Notes: a model not told the origin generated them from the letters alone. 43,117 nucleotides of DNA from Filifactoraceae bacterium (GCA_041784625.1 JBHBDS010000036.1:1-43117), one strand, 5' to 3'; numbered from the stretch's first letter, positions 9,284 to 19,055 are shown. Numbers and translations are program-made.

Positions 9284-10018
9284 ATGGAAAAGTTCGAATT
9301 GAAATTTACCAAAAAACATATTTTGCTTGCGGTATTACTGGGAATCTCGATTGTATTGGGATACCTCTTTTTGCCATATTTTCATGCAAAAAATATTGTT
9401 GTCTTAGGGAATTCCACGATTCGAGCGGAAAGTTTGCCATTATACACGAATGTTTCGCTCAAAAAAAATGTTTTTTTGATCGACAAGAAGCAAATCAAGC
9501 AAGACTTTACTGACAACCCTTACATCAAAAGTGTGGAGCTCAAAGCAAAATTTCCATGGACGCTCATCATTAATATCACGGAGCGAAAAGCGGTTGCAAC
9601 CGTCAAATTTGCGGGTGGATTTATTATAATCGACGACAAAGGAGTAGTGCTGGAGACAACGCAGGACATAAACCGAATCGTACGGCCGACCATCAGCGGG
9701 ATCACGCCAAAAGATATTGTGGTGGGCGAAGTGCTTGGCGTAGAGAGCGACAACTTGGCGCTGGGGATCGAAATTATCTCAAACATCAAAAGTGCGAAGT
9801 TGTTGCAAAATATTTCGCTCATCGATATTAGTGATCTCAAAAATATTAATCTGATTACGCCACAAGGAATCCATGTGCTGATTGGCGAAGGATCGGACCT
9901 CAATGAAAAAATGCTTGTGCTCAACAAAATTTTGATCAATCTGTTTGAAAGAAATATCCAGTGGGGCGTAGTGGATATGCGCTATGATGCGGATCCAGTA
10001 TATAGGAGCAAGAAATAG
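9284..10018 (+). CDS. ftsQ: Cell division protein FtsQ/DivIB (POTRA domain)
   Basis: Short N-terminus, one TM segment (ILLAVLLGISIVLGYLFL), then a POTRA-like IVVLGNSTIRAESL...VFLIDKKQIKQDF...PYIKSVELKAKFPWTLIINITERK. The position after murG is canonical. ATG 9284 has a GGGAG RBS, while the ORF track begins at ATG 9272. Confidence 0.8.
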   Translation: MEKFELKFTKKHILLAVLLGISIVLGYLFLPYFHAKNIVVLGNSTIRAESLPLYTNVSLKKNVFLIDKKQIKQDFTDNPYIKSVELKAKFPWTLIINITERKAVATVKFAGGFIIIDDKGVVLETTQDINRIVRPTISGITPKDIVVGEVLGVESDNLALGIEIISNIKSAKLLQNISLIDISDLKNINLITPQGIHVLIGEGSDLNEKMLVLNKILINLFERNIQWGVVDMRYDADPVYRSKK

Positions 10019-10720
10019 ATGAAAAAGTCAAAACATATTGCAAAACTCGTATTTTTCACGCTGAGTTTTATCATCGGGATCGGACTTTCGATGCAGCTCA
10101 AAGTCAATGCGCCAAGACAATCCATTTCAGAGACGGCAGCGCACCTACAGGTAGAGCTGACCAATATCCGTGAGCAAAAAGATAAAGCGCAAAAAGAAAT
10201 CACGGAGCTTGAAGAGAAAATAAAACGCATCAAAGACTCTCAGCTCGAAAATGATGAAATCTATCAAAGTTTGGTATCGGAGCTAAATCTATACGAACTT
10301 CAAGCAGGAATGACCAAGGCGGTTGGGCCAGGCGTTATTGTGGATTTTCAACTGGAAGAAAATGATAAGTATGAAACTTTGATGGTGAACTTTGATCTGA
10401 TTCTGTCGGTTATCAACAAACTCAATGCAGCAGGAGCAGAGGGAATTTGTATCAACGAAGAACGCATCGTGTTTTCGACCGATCTTCGGTATGAGCAGGG
10501 AAATCTGCTCGTGAACAACAATCCCGTAGGAAGAACCATTCAAATTCGAGCGATCGGCGATGTAAATACGCTCGAGGCGGCGCTCAATATGAAGTACGGC
10601 ATTCTTTGGGAGATCAAAAACAACTTTGGGATTTTGGCAAAAGTAGAAAAATCAGAAAGAGTTGAACTCCCAAGATACACGCAAGAAATACAATTCAAAT
10701 TCGCAGCGATTCAAGAGTAG
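10019..10720 (+). CDS. DUF881-family division/cell-wall cluster protein (YlxW/YlxX-like)
   Basis: N-terminal TM segment, a coiled-coil, and a C-terminal VGPGVIV...DLILSVINKLNAAGAEGICINEERIV...IRAIGD pattern typical of DUF881. The position after divIB matches B. subtilis ylxW/ylxX. Confidence 0.7.
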   Translation: MKKSKHIAKLVFFTLSFIIGIGLSMQLKVNAPRQSISETAAHLQVELTNIREQKDKAQKEITELEEKIKRIKDSQLENDEIYQSLVSELNLYELQAGMTKAVGPGVIVDFQLEENDKYETLMVNFDLILSVINKLNAAGAEGICINEERIVFSTDLRYEQGNLLVNNNPVGRTIQIRAIGDVNTLEAALNMKYGILWEIKNNFGILAKVEKSERVELPRYTQEIQFKFAAIQE

Positions 10721-10973
10721 TTGACCAATGGATGATGAAAACTTTATGCTAACAACAGCGATTGATATGCGGTGACAAGTCAAAGAAGGAGCTTTTTTGT
10801 TCCCGACGATAGCATCGTAGAAAAATATTTTTCTGAATGTCGAATCGGAAGTGTAGGGCGAAGAAGTTCTTGCTGAAACAAAAGTGCTTTTAGGCAGGTG
10901 GATTTATTTTATATGCTTGCGAAAGAAGGCAGATAATCACTACAAGCAAATGATATGAAAAGAAAGGAGAAGT

Positions 10974-11696
10974 ATGGGCAAGCAAAATAAAACACGAAAT
11001 ATTCTTCTCCTGATTGGAGTTGTGGTAGGCTTTGTCGTAACGCTTCAATACAAATCGCTTCAGAACAGCACGATTTTTTTTAACACAGCAACACTTCGAG
11101 AGCTGGAGCTTCAGATTGAGATGGAAGCGAACGAGGTTCAGCGCCTCAACGAATACCAAGAGAGAAAACAAATGGAATTAGAAGAACTCAGTCAAGCAGA
11201 GAGCAAGGGGAATATTTTGGAGCTGCTTGAAAAACAAAGAATCCATGCGAAAGCGCTGCTGGGGCGAACGAGCTTTTATGGCTCGGGAGTGAAAGTAAAG
11301 GTGCAGGATTCGGATCAAGATATTTTGCCGACGCAAAATCCAAATGATTTTTTGGTGCATGACCAAGATATTTTGCGAATTGTTAATGACCTCAAAGTGG
11401 CAGGTGCAGAAGTGATTTCCATCAACGATCAGATTTACAAGAGAGACTCCGAGATCAAATGTTCTGGACCAACGATTACGATTAACGGAAAAACTTTTGG
11501 ACAGCCATTTATTATTCGAGCGATTGGTGATGCAGATACATTGGAAGCGGCGATCAAATCCAAAGATTCTTATTCGTATATGCTCACGTCCTTGTTTGGT
11601 ATTCGAATTGAGTCGGAAAAGGAAGAGTCGATCGTAATTTATAGTTCGAAGAGATATAGCAAGATTACATATATGGAGGAGGTAGTTGAATCATGA
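10974..11696 (+). CDS. DUF881-family protein, second paralog
   Basis: Same architecture as the previous gene (TM, coiled-coil, GSGVKVKV...DILRIVNDLKVAGAEVISINDQI...IRAIGD). The RBS is AGGAGAAG. Confidence 0.7.
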   Translation: MGKQNKTRNILLLIGVVVGFVVTLQYKSLQNSTIFFNTATLRELELQIEMEANEVQRLNEYQERKQMELEELSQAESKGNILELLEKQRIHAKALLGRTSFYGSGVKVKVQDSDQDILPTQNPNDFLVHDQDILRIVNDLKVAGAEVISINDQIYKRDSEIKCSGPTITINGKTFGQPFIIRAIGDADTLEAAIKSKDSYSYMLTSLFGIRIESEKEESIVIYSSKRYSKITYMEEVVES

Positions 11697-12019
11697 TTTG
11701 GGCGATCATTGGGCTGGCACTGGGTGCGATTATTGGTGGCTTTTTGCCATTTACTTATCCGACGAGCTATTCGCTGTATGTTTCCATTGCAATGCTTGCG
11801 GCGTTTGACTCGCTGCTCGGTGCAATTCGTGCGAGCGTGGAAAATAAATATAACAATGCATTGTTTATCTCAGGATTTTTTAGCAATGCACTTTTGGCAG
11901 CGCTACTCTCCTATTTTGGCGATCGACTGGGCGTACCATTTTTCTATGCGCCGATTATTGTCTTTGGCGGTAGATTGTTCCAAAACATCGCCATCATTCG
12001 CCGTCATTTGCTTCGATAA
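11693..12019 (+). CDS. sbp: Small basic protein Sbp (DUF1290), membrane protein
   Basis: A 108-aa protein with three hydrophobic segments. Its ATGA overlaps the preceding DUF881 stop. The position DUF881-DUF881-sbp upstream of ftsZ matches B. subtilis ylxW-ylxX-sbp. Confidence 0.6.
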   Translation: MIWAIIGLALGAIIGGFLPFTYPTSYSLYVSIAMLAAFDSLLGAIRASVENKYNNALFISGFFSNALLAALLSYFGDRLGVPFFYAPIIVFGGRLFQNIAIIRRHLLR

Positions 12020-12052
12020 GTCCTGCGATTTCATCAAAATTATTGAAAACTC

Positions 12053-12082
12053 TTGACACACGGAAGTAATATTGGGTACACT
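12053..12082 (+). promoter_or_regulatory. Candidate sigma-A promoter for ftsZ (TTGACA-18-TACACT)
   Basis: TTGACA lies at 12053-12058 and TACACT at 12077-12082, about 65 nt upstream of the ftsZ start. Confidence 0.4.
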
Positions 12083-12148
12083 ATAAGATGATATAACGAC
12101 AAACATAATCAAATTAATTTGTACGATAAATAATTGTTGGAGGATGCT

Positions 12149-13255
12149 ATGTTTGAATTGGATGTAAACGTAAACAGCACGATTAAACCAGAAGTAATAA
12201 AAGTGATCGGAGTCGGTGGCGGCGGAGGAAATGCGGTCAACCGAATGATTGGCTCAGGCTCTGGCGGAGTGGAGTATATCGTGATGAACACAGATGCTCA
12301 AGCGCTAAGACAATCCGAAGCGCCAGTAAAAATGCAGTTAGGACCAGAATCTACAAAAGGTAGAGGAGTAGGCGGAAGACCAGAAGAAGGAAAAGTGGCT
12401 GCGGAAGAAAGCAAAGAAGAAATCAAACGAATTCTTGAAGGATCTGAAATGGTTTTTATCACTGCTGGAATGGGCGGCGGAACAGGAACAGGTGCAGCTC
12501 CTGTGGTAGCACAAATTTCAAAAAGCATGGGCATTCTTACTGTTGCGGTTGTAACAAAACCGTTTTCGCTGGAGGGCACATGGAAAATGAAATTGGCAAA
12601 TCAAGGGATTGATGAGCTTAGAAAACATGTTGACACATTGATTGTTATTCCAAACGATCGAATTTTTGATATTACCGAAAAAGGCACGACGCTTTCGCAA
12701 GCGTTTGAAAAAGCAAACCAAGTGCTCAAGCAAGGGGTTAATGGCATCACGGATATGGTGGAAAGACCAGGCTTGGTCAACGTGGACTTTGCAGACGTTC
12801 GTGCGACAATGGAGAACCAAGGCGTAGGACATCTTGGAATCGGAAGTGCATCGGGCGAAAATCGTGCGATCATCGCTGCGGAAGAAGCAATCAACTCACC
12901 ACTTCTTGAAACAACGGTTGAGGGAGCAGCAAGCGTTCTTGTTTCGATTTCTGCAACGAGCGAAAGTCTGACAATGCAAGAATTCCAAGAAAGTATGGAT
13001 TATATCCAAAGCTCTGTTCGAAATGAAGATGTTCGTATGATTTTTGGAGTTGCGGAAGTTCCAGAGCTTGGCGACGAAATGCGAATCACCGTGGTTGCAA
13101 CTGGATTCAAAGAAGGCGAAGAGTTCAAAGCAAAACCAACCAAAGCGCCTGGCGTAGCACAAGAACCAGAAAAAGAGGAAGAAAAAGAAGAACAAATTTC
13201 CGATACCGAATTCCAAATTCCAGACTGGATGAACTTTGGGAAGAAAAAGAGATAA
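12149..13255 (+). CDS. ftsZ: Cell division GTPase FtsZ
   Basis: Carries GVGGGGGNAVNRM and the tubulin signature GGGTGTGAAPVVA. An acidic linker and the C-terminal peptide EFQIPDWMNFGKKKR follow. ATG 12149 is preceded by GGAGGA, while the ORF track begins at TTG 12134. Confidence 0.95.
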   Translation: MFELDVNVNSTIKPEVIKVIGVGGGGGNAVNRMIGSGSGGVEYIVMNTDAQALRQSEAPVKMQLGPESTKGRGVGGRPEEGKVAAEESKEEIKRILEGSEMVFITAGMGGGTGTGAAPVVAQISKSMGILTVAVVTKPFSLEGTWKMKLANQGIDELRKHVDTLIVIPNDRIFDITEKGTTLSQAFEKANQVLKQGVNGITDMVERPGLVNVDFADVRATMENQGVGHLGIGSASGENRAIIAAEEAINSPLLETTVEGAASVLVSISATSESLTMQEFQESMDYIQSSVRNEDVRMIFGVAEVPELGDEMRITVVATGFKEGEEFKAKPTKAPGVAQEPEKEEEKEEQISDTEFQIPDWMNFGKKKR

Positions 13256-13261
13256 TTGGTG

Positions 13262-13292
13262 AAAAAAGAGAATCGTTGTATTCTCTTTTTTT
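13262..13292 (+). terminator. Rho-independent terminator after ftsZ
   Basis: Stem AAAGAGAAT / ATTCTCTTT with loop CGTTGT, followed by a T-run (13287-13292). Confidence 0.7.
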
Positions 13293-13487
13293 GAACCTTG
13301 CATTATAATAGAAGTGTAGGAAAGTTGTAACAACAAAACCAACATGTAGAAAAATAAATAAGAGGAAGGTGCTTTAATGTATTTATGCAAGAGAGATGAT
13401 AACATTGAGCAACAATAAAAATAAATAACTGAAACGATAGCAATAAGTAACTACAAATTTTGTCGGATTGAAATAAAGGAGAAAATC

Positions 13488-13946
13488 ATGAAATGTCAGT
13501 TTTGTGGCTCGAGTGAGTCGAAAGTCGTGGATTCCAGACAAGCAGAAGAGGGAAACAGTATCCGAAGACGTCGTGAGTGCGAGGAATGCGGCAAGCGCTT
13601 CACTACCTATGAGCGAATTGAGCAAACAAGTATCATGGTAATCAAAAAGGATAAGTCGAGGGAATATTTTGATCGAGAGAAGATACTCAAAGGAATTATC
13701 AAATCCTGCGAAAAAAGACATATTACGCTGGAGCAAATGGAGCAGATTGTTGATTCGATTGAACGGGATCTGCTCAACTCGATGACAAGGGAAGTCAGCA
13801 GCATTCGAATTGGCGAGATGGTGATGTCTGAGCTAAAAAATCTTGACGAGGTAAGCTATGTTCGATTTGCATCCGTGTATCGTGAGTTTAAGGATATCGA
13901 CAGCTTTATGGAGGAGCTAAAATCAATTATTTCTGAAAAGAAATAG
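13488..13946 (+). CDS. nrdR: Transcriptional repressor NrdR (zinc ribbon plus ATP-cone)
   Basis: The N-terminus [18 protein letters not shown]...[20 protein letters not shown] is the NrdR zinc-ribbon signature. An ATP-cone follows. Confidence 0.93.
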   Translation: MKCQFCGSSESKVVDSRQAEEGNSIRRRRECEECGKRFTTYERIEQTSIMVIKKDKSREYFDREKILKGIIKSCEKRHITLEQMEQIVDSIERDLLNSMTREVSSIRIGEMVMSELKNLDEVSYVRFASVYREFKDIDSFMEELKSIISEKK

Positions 13947-13968
13947 AAAAATTTCTGGGAAGGAGTCG

Positions 13969-15687
13969 ATGATGGTACAAGTAAATTCAAATATCGAAGC
14001 AATCAAGGAAAAACGTTCAGAAAAACTTTTTATGGATTTGATGAAGGATCGTAAAGGACTTTGTATCTCAAAAATTGCGCCGTTCAACGGGCAATACTTT
14101 GACTTATTATATATCGAAAATGATTCTGCTGCCCTGTTTAAATTTATGGATACCAATGACGAAACCTTTTCGATTTTGGCACAAGAAATTGTCGAGGTGA
14201 TCGAAGAGGAGTATGCATCCGCAAGAGAACTTATTTCCGATAAACTCGATGACTTGCAGATCAATTATTATTTTGTGATGCCATTTGTTTCGCTGGCGGA
14301 TTATGGACTGTCTTCGGGCGTTATTTTGGACAAAGATTCGATTAATAAACTCAACGATATTAATTTTTCAGATCTTTTGTCCGATATAAATGGTATGAGG
14401 AATCGTGTTTTGTATCGCTTGAGCAAAGAGTATTTTGTATTCCAAAAAGAATCTAGCATCGGAGAATTTTCCATCGAAATTGATTATGGCAAAAACAAAA
14501 TCAAAGCGAGTCTGATGGAAGAGGATCAGATGGAACATATCAACAACTTCTATTACGGAACGACGCTGCTAGAAGGTGCAACGGGCACGGGAAAAACAAG
14601 CGTGATGTTGGCAAAAATCATCAAAATTGCTCGAATTTATCCAAAAGAAAAATTCCTCTATATTACATTTGACAAACAACTCAGCATTGAAATCGGAAAT
14701 TTGCTGCGTTTCTACCATAGTGACATCAGCAATATCCGAGTAATCAACTTTCATCAATTTGTGCTACAGCTTGGGAAAAAATACAATTTGAAATTAAACA
14801 AGCAGAGCAAGCAGAGCTTTAACAAGGAATTTGAAAAAGTCTTTGAAAAAATTTCGAAAATATACAAAGGCAAGAGATACTATAAAGGGATATTTGTCGA
14901 TGAATCGGAAAATTTTAGCACAGAGGAAATTCATTTTTTGCGAGATATTTCCTATTTGACAAAGAATATCCTGTATCTTTCGTTTGACGAAGCAAAACAG
15001 ATGACGCCGATTCGTGCAAAAGAAAGAAATGCCAATCAATATCCATGGGATCAATACATTCGATTAATGCAAAATTATCGTGCTTCCAAGGAAATCGGAC
15101 GCTTCAATCTTGACTTTCAAAATGATCTAAACGCATTTTCAGCGCTGGAGATTGATCGTCTCGGAGACTATTTTCTTCCGTTTATTACGGAAAAAACGGA
15201 AATTGGGAATGCAAAAGTTTTAGAGTATGAGAACACCGATGCAATGATCCAGATGCTGTTAGATCAATTGAATGCTCTTGTACAAAAAGGATATAAGGAG
15301 TCGGATATTTGTATTATCTATCCTTTCAATGAAAAAGGAATCGGAAACAAGTCGGTTAACTCAAAACAAATTTTGAAAGATGCATTGTCGGAACATGGAT
15401 TCAAAACCCATTTTGCAGATGATGAAGCCAGTAATCTGAGTGCTAGCGACGGAATTTGTTTGAGTAATATTTACAATTCAACCAATTTGGAATGGAAAGT
15501 GGTGCTCGTTTGTCAGCTCGATTTGCTCTACCCAAATTACGAAACGATGACCGAAAAAGAAACGCAAAAGATGCTGAACATTATTTACACTGCCTCGGGG
15601 AGAGCGTGTGAAGAACTATATTTACTGATTAATCAAAACGAAAACAGACCAGGGATTATCGATTTATTAAGTCAAAAGCAGGTTTAG
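13969..15687 (+). CDS. SF1 (UvrD/Rep-like) helicase-type ATPase with uncharacterised ~190-aa N-terminal domain
   Basis: Motif I is GATGTGKTS and Ia is LYITFDKQL. Motif II is FVDESENF and IV is QNYRASKEI. Motif V is IYNSTNLEWKVVLV and VI is IYTASGRACEELYLL. The RBS is GGAAGGAG. It lies 22 nt after nrdR and 2 nt before the PilB-like gene. Confidence 0.65.
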   Translation: MMVQVNSNIEAIKEKRSEKLFMDLMKDRKGLCISKIAPFNGQYFDLLYIENDSAALFKFMDTNDETFSILAQEIVEVIEEEYASARELISDKLDDLQINYYFVMPFVSLADYGLSSGVILDKDSINKLNDINFSDLLSDINGMRNRVLYRLSKEYFVFQKESSIGEFSIEIDYGKNKIKASLMEEDQMEHINNFYYGTTLLEGATGTGKTSVMLAKIIKIARIYPKEKFLYITFDKQLSIEIGNLLRFYHSDISNIRVINFHQFVLQLGKKYNLKLNKQSKQSFNKEFEKVFEKISKIYKGKRYYKGIFVDESENFSTEEIHFLRDISYLTKNILYLSFDEAKQMTPIRAKERNANQYPWDQYIRLMQNYRASKEIGRFNLDFQNDLNAFSALEIDRLGDYFLPFITEKTEIGNAKVLEYENTDAMIQMLLDQLNALVQKGYKESDICIIYPFNEKGIGNKSVNSKQILKDALSEHGFKTHFADDEASNLSASDGICLSNIYNSTNLEWKVVLVCQLDLLYPNYETMTEKETQKMLNIIYTASGRACEELYLLINQNENRPGIIDLLSQKQV

Positions 15688-15689
15688 GT

Positions 15690-17057
15690 ATGACATACGG
15701 GGTTCACTTGATTTTTGGGGAAGATTTTGCATCACAAAATTTTTGTTTTGCGCTGAAGTATGTGGGCGCTTCTCTTGAAGTCGGAATTGCGGAGGGCATT
15801 TCCGATACTCAGGAGATTATCAAAGAGGCAAGAAAAATGGGGGTTCAAGAGGTTGTACTGAGACCTCTCTCTTTGAATGAAATCAAAAGGCTGATAAACA
15901 GCTATTATTCTATAGAGTTAAAAGAAAAAGAGATTTTCGAGCGCATTCGTCTCTACATCAGAGAAGAACGCTTTGAGGATCTTTTTTTGTACATTATGGA
16001 GAATGCATCGGATCTTTCGGCAAGTGATGTGCATATTTTTGCGGAAGAGCCGTATTTGATGATTCGGTTACGAATTCGTGGGAGGCTGGTAACTTTTTGT
16101 GTGCTGGATTCAAAATTGTTGCCGACACTTGGGAGAATCATTAAGGTTCGAGGGAATGTAGATATTTCCCGTAGTCTGCGTCCAATCGATGGCAGAATGG
16201 AATTGATGACGAATCAATCGCTGGACATCCGTTTTTCTATCGTCAACACGATACATGGTGAAAAGTATTCGCTTCGACTATTGGACAATGAAAACATTCC
16301 ACGTTCTGTGAATGAGCTTGGAATTTCGGAAGAAGAAATAAATCAGATTCGCAACATGCTTTTGAGAGAATCGGGAACGCTGCTTGTGACCGGACCAACA
16401 GGAAGTGGAAAATCGACAACCGTGCGATGTTTTTTGGATGAGATCAATGATGGAAACAGACATATTATTTCCATTGAAGATCCGATTGAGTACACCATGC
16501 CGGGCGTTACTCAAATTCAGGTGGATGATCGAACGCACAACGGATTCGAAGAAGGCGTGCGATCCATTTTGAGACAAGATCCAGACATTATTTTTATCGG
16601 AGAAATTCGAGATGAAGTCAGCGCAGAAGTTGCAATGAAAGCGAGTATTACGGGACATCTTGTGTTCAGCACATTGCACACCAAGACAGCGGAATTGGCG
16701 ATTGAACGACTTGAGAATCTCGGGCAAGAAAAGTCACTCATCTATGAAGCGATCTCCATGATAATAAATCAACGCCTTGTAGGCGAGAGTTGCGAGCATT
16801 GCAAGAGGAGGATTTCTTATATTGGGGAGGAAATCCTGCCGCTCAGTGTAAAAAACGGAGATATGATTTTTGAGTCCAAGGGCTGCGAACATTGTAATTA
16901 CAGTGGGATTCAACGTCGTGTTCCTGTGATGGCAATTGTTGAAATAAAAAACCGAAAACTCGAGCATTGTTTCGAGGATCAGTCAATCCAGCAAAAAATT
17001 ATTCGACGATTTCATGAGGGAAAAATATCATTGGAGGAGGCGAGACGTTTTCTATGA
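15690..17057 (+). CDS. Type IV pilus / type II secretion assembly ATPase (PilB/GspE family)
   Basis: Walker A is VTGPTGSGKSTT and Walker B/Asp box is ILRQDPDIIFIGEIRD. The His box is GHLVFSTLHT. A tetracysteine motif CEHC...CEHC is present. Confidence 0.88.
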   Translation: MTYGVHLIFGEDFASQNFCFALKYVGASLEVGIAEGISDTQEIIKEARKMGVQEVVLRPLSLNEIKRLINSYYSIELKEKEIFERIRLYIREERFEDLFLYIMENASDLSASDVHIFAEEPYLMIRLRIRGRLVTFCVLDSKLLPTLGRIIKVRGNVDISRSLRPIDGRMELMTNQSLDIRFSIVNTIHGEKYSLRLLDNENIPRSVNELGISEEEINQIRNMLLRESGTLLVTGPTGSGKSTTVRCFLDEINDGNRHIISIEDPIEYTMPGVTQIQVDDRTHNGFEEGVRSILRQDPDIIFIGEIRDEVSAEVAMKASITGHLVFSTLHTKTAELAIERLENLGQEKSLIYEAISMIINQRLVGESCEHCKRRISYIGEEILPLSVKNGDMIFESKGCEHCNYSGIQRRVPVMAIVEIKNRKLEHCFEDQSIQQKIIRRFHEGKISLEEARRFL

Positions 17058-18178
17058 GCAGAGAAAGAGTCATCGACTGGAAGAAAATACAGAATATTGA
17101 GTGGAAAAATTTCTATTCAGCTTCCTTTGTGCGGATAAAAAACAGAATACTTTATCGGAATATTTCTGCGAGTAAAAAAAGAAATTTCTATTATATGTTG
17201 GCATTTTATTTGGAAAGCAAAATGCCACTGGAAGAGGCGCTTCGGTTGCTGCTCGAGGACCTCAAGTTACCAGCGATATTGTCGATTAAAAAGCAGATTC
17301 AAAACGGAAGATGTCTTGCGGATGTGCTTAGAGAATATGATTTGGCAGATGAATTTATGTATTCTTGCCTGATGCTTGGCGAAAATACGGGCGACTATAT
17401 CAAGTCGTTCAAGCAGATTGTAGAATATCTGAATCAAAAAGAGGAAAATCAGAAATTTTTTGTACGAGTGAGCAGTTATCCGATATTGCTTTTTGTGTTG
17501 ATGTTTGCGTTGCTCGGATTCATTATTTTTGTCCTCACGCCGCAGATTTATCATACGATTGACAGCGTGGGTGCGCATATTCCATGGTCCTTACAGATTT
17601 TTTATCGCATGAACAGGTTTTTTATGCAAAATAGTGCAATGATTGGATTTCTGGCATTATTTATTTTCGGTGCGCTTTGGATATACAAAGACAAAGTGAG
17701 TCGGTTTGTGACAGTGCGTTTTCTAAAAATGAGTTGGATGCAGTCGATTTCTCGAACTTTTTTGGCAAGAAGTATTCTCTGGCAGATGGAAGTGCTCTAT
17801 GGTGCTGGACTTAGCATGACCGAGGTGATCGACATCGTAATAAGTAATACAAAATTCGCTGGGACACGCACATTGCTTGAGGAAATATTACTATCCATAC
17901 GCCAAGGTGTTGCACTTCACCATGCGATGGATCGCAGCGGATTATTTCCATCTGCGGTCATATCTTATGTTCGTCTGGGAGAAGAAACTGATAGTTTACC
18001 AGAAAATCTGCATTCTGCTTTGATGTTCTTAAACATTAAAACAAATGATATTGCAGAAAATTTGAAACGGATCATTCAGCCGACACTCGTCATCATTGCA
18101 GGAGGAATGATTTCGCTCATTTTGGCGATGGTTCTGCCAATCATCAACTCGATTACATACCTAGGAGGGCTATCGTGA
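17054..18178 (+). CDS. Type IV pilus / T2SS inner-membrane platform protein (PilC/GspF family)
   Basis: Two T2SSF-like repeats are separated by TM segments. The length (374 aa) and position after the ATPase fit the family. Its ATGA overlaps the upstream stop. Confidence 0.8.
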   Translation: MSRERVIDWKKIQNIEWKNFYSASFVRIKNRILYRNISASKKRNFYYMLAFYLESKMPLEEALRLLLEDLKLPAILSIKKQIQNGRCLADVLREYDLADEFMYSCLMLGENTGDYIKSFKQIVEYLNQKEENQKFFVRVSSYPILLFVLMFALLGFIIFVLTPQIYHTIDSVGAHIPWSLQIFYRMNRFFMQNSAMIGFLALFIFGALWIYKDKVSRFVTVRFLKMSWMQSISRTFLARSILWQMEVLYGAGLSMTEVIDIVISNTKFAGTRTLLEEILLSIRQGVALHHAMDRSGLFPSAVISYVRLGEETDSLPENLHSALMFLNIKTNDIAENLKRIIQPTLVIIAGGMISLILAMVLPIINSITYLGGLS

Positions 18179-18609
18179 AAATTTTTCAATACAATGCAAT
18201 CACTCAAGAAATTTCCTCGTGCAAACCTCAGGGAAAAATTGATTTGAGCAAAGGGAATCAAGTTATTGTCATGAAAATAAATTCGAATACGAAAACCCAA
18301 AATGTTGTGGAAATTACTTTCGGAAAATCGGAAATAGATTCATTAATACTAACAAAAAAAGAAGCGCAAAAACTAATTCAATACTGTGGATACAACAATC
18401 TTCAGATGCAAAAAGTGTTCGTATATACACCAAAATTATTTTTGCTGGGGCAAATGGAGGAGAATCGAAAAAATGTTTTTCTGAAACTTGGAGAATCCTA
18501 TTTTGTCGGAGAAAATAATCAAGTTCGAGAATTATCTCAAGTGGACACGTTATTAAAGTATGGAAAATATTTTGAGCCTGAAAATATTTTGGTATGGGAG
18601 GAGCGATGA
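18175..18609 (+). CDS. Hypothetical soluble protein in the pilus-like operon (PilM slot, no recognisable motif)
   Basis: GTG start with an AGGAGGG RBS, and GTGA overlap with the platform gene. No TM segment or nucleotide-binding motif is visible. It is coding by context only. Confidence 0.45.
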   Translation: MKIFQYNAITQEISSCKPQGKIDLSKGNQVIVMKINSNTKTQNVVEITFGKSEIDSLILTKKEAQKLIQYCGYNNLQMQKVFVYTPKLFLLGQMEENRKNVFLKLGESYFVGENNQVRELSQVDTLLKYGKYFEPENILVWEER

Positions 18610-19055
18610 AAGCAAGCAAGTACAGTCTAAATCATGAACTTCTGCAATTTGCGAATCGAGAACGTAAAGTGGAACTGCTTCTTTTGCTCGTTCTGGTTTT
18701 GTTTATCGGATTTAATTTATTCTTGTTTTTGCAAGAGGAAAAATATTCTCAATTGCACACTCTGCACGCTGAACAGGAGTATGATGCGCAAGAAGCAGAG
18801 TATCACTCATTTTTGCGTTCGACGGCATTTTTGAACGCATCTTTGCTGAGCGATCAAATGAAAAAACTGGAGATGCTTCATGCAAATCATATTCGACTAG
18901 AACAAAACCGAATTTTGTTGCATTACGAAGAATCATCACTGGAGTCAATCGAGCCAGATATTGTACTTCTTCGAGAAAATTTTGGGGAAGTAAAAATTCT
19001 TCAGCAGGAACAACAACTGGGCGAAAGTCGTATCATCATCGAGGTGAGCCTATGA
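18606..19055 (+). CDS. PilN-like bitopic pilus assembly protein (architecture only)
   Basis: Short cytoplasmic N-terminus, a single TM segment (VELLLLLVLVLFIGFNLFLFL), then a coiled-coil and a small C-terminal domain. ATG 18606 follows GGAGGAG and overlaps the upstream stop (ATGA). Confidence 0.45.
   Translation: MKASKYSLNHELLQFANRERKVELLLLLVLVLFIGFNLFLFLQEEKYSQLHTLHAEQEYDAQEAEYHSFLRSTAFLNASLLSDQMKKLEMLHANHIRLEQNRILLHYEESSLESIEPDIVLLRENFGEVKILQQEQQLGESRIIIEVSL

Noticed and set aside
10721-10973. 253-bp gap between the two DUF881 genes, examined for a small gene or RNA
   Set aside because: Only a 15-codon ORF without an RBS and weak short hairpins were found. There is nothing I can support beyond a probable internal promoter or spacer.
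12896-13405. 169-aa ORF on the minus strand
   Set aside because: It is antisense to the ftsZ C-terminal linker and runs through the ftsZ terminator. Its Phe/Leu-rich composition comes from the complement of Lys/Glu codons.
16278-16727. 149-aa minus-strand ORF inside the PilB-like gene; likewise 23322..23813 inside pnp
   Set aside because: Both are antisense to genes with complete catalytic motif sets. Neither has independent support.
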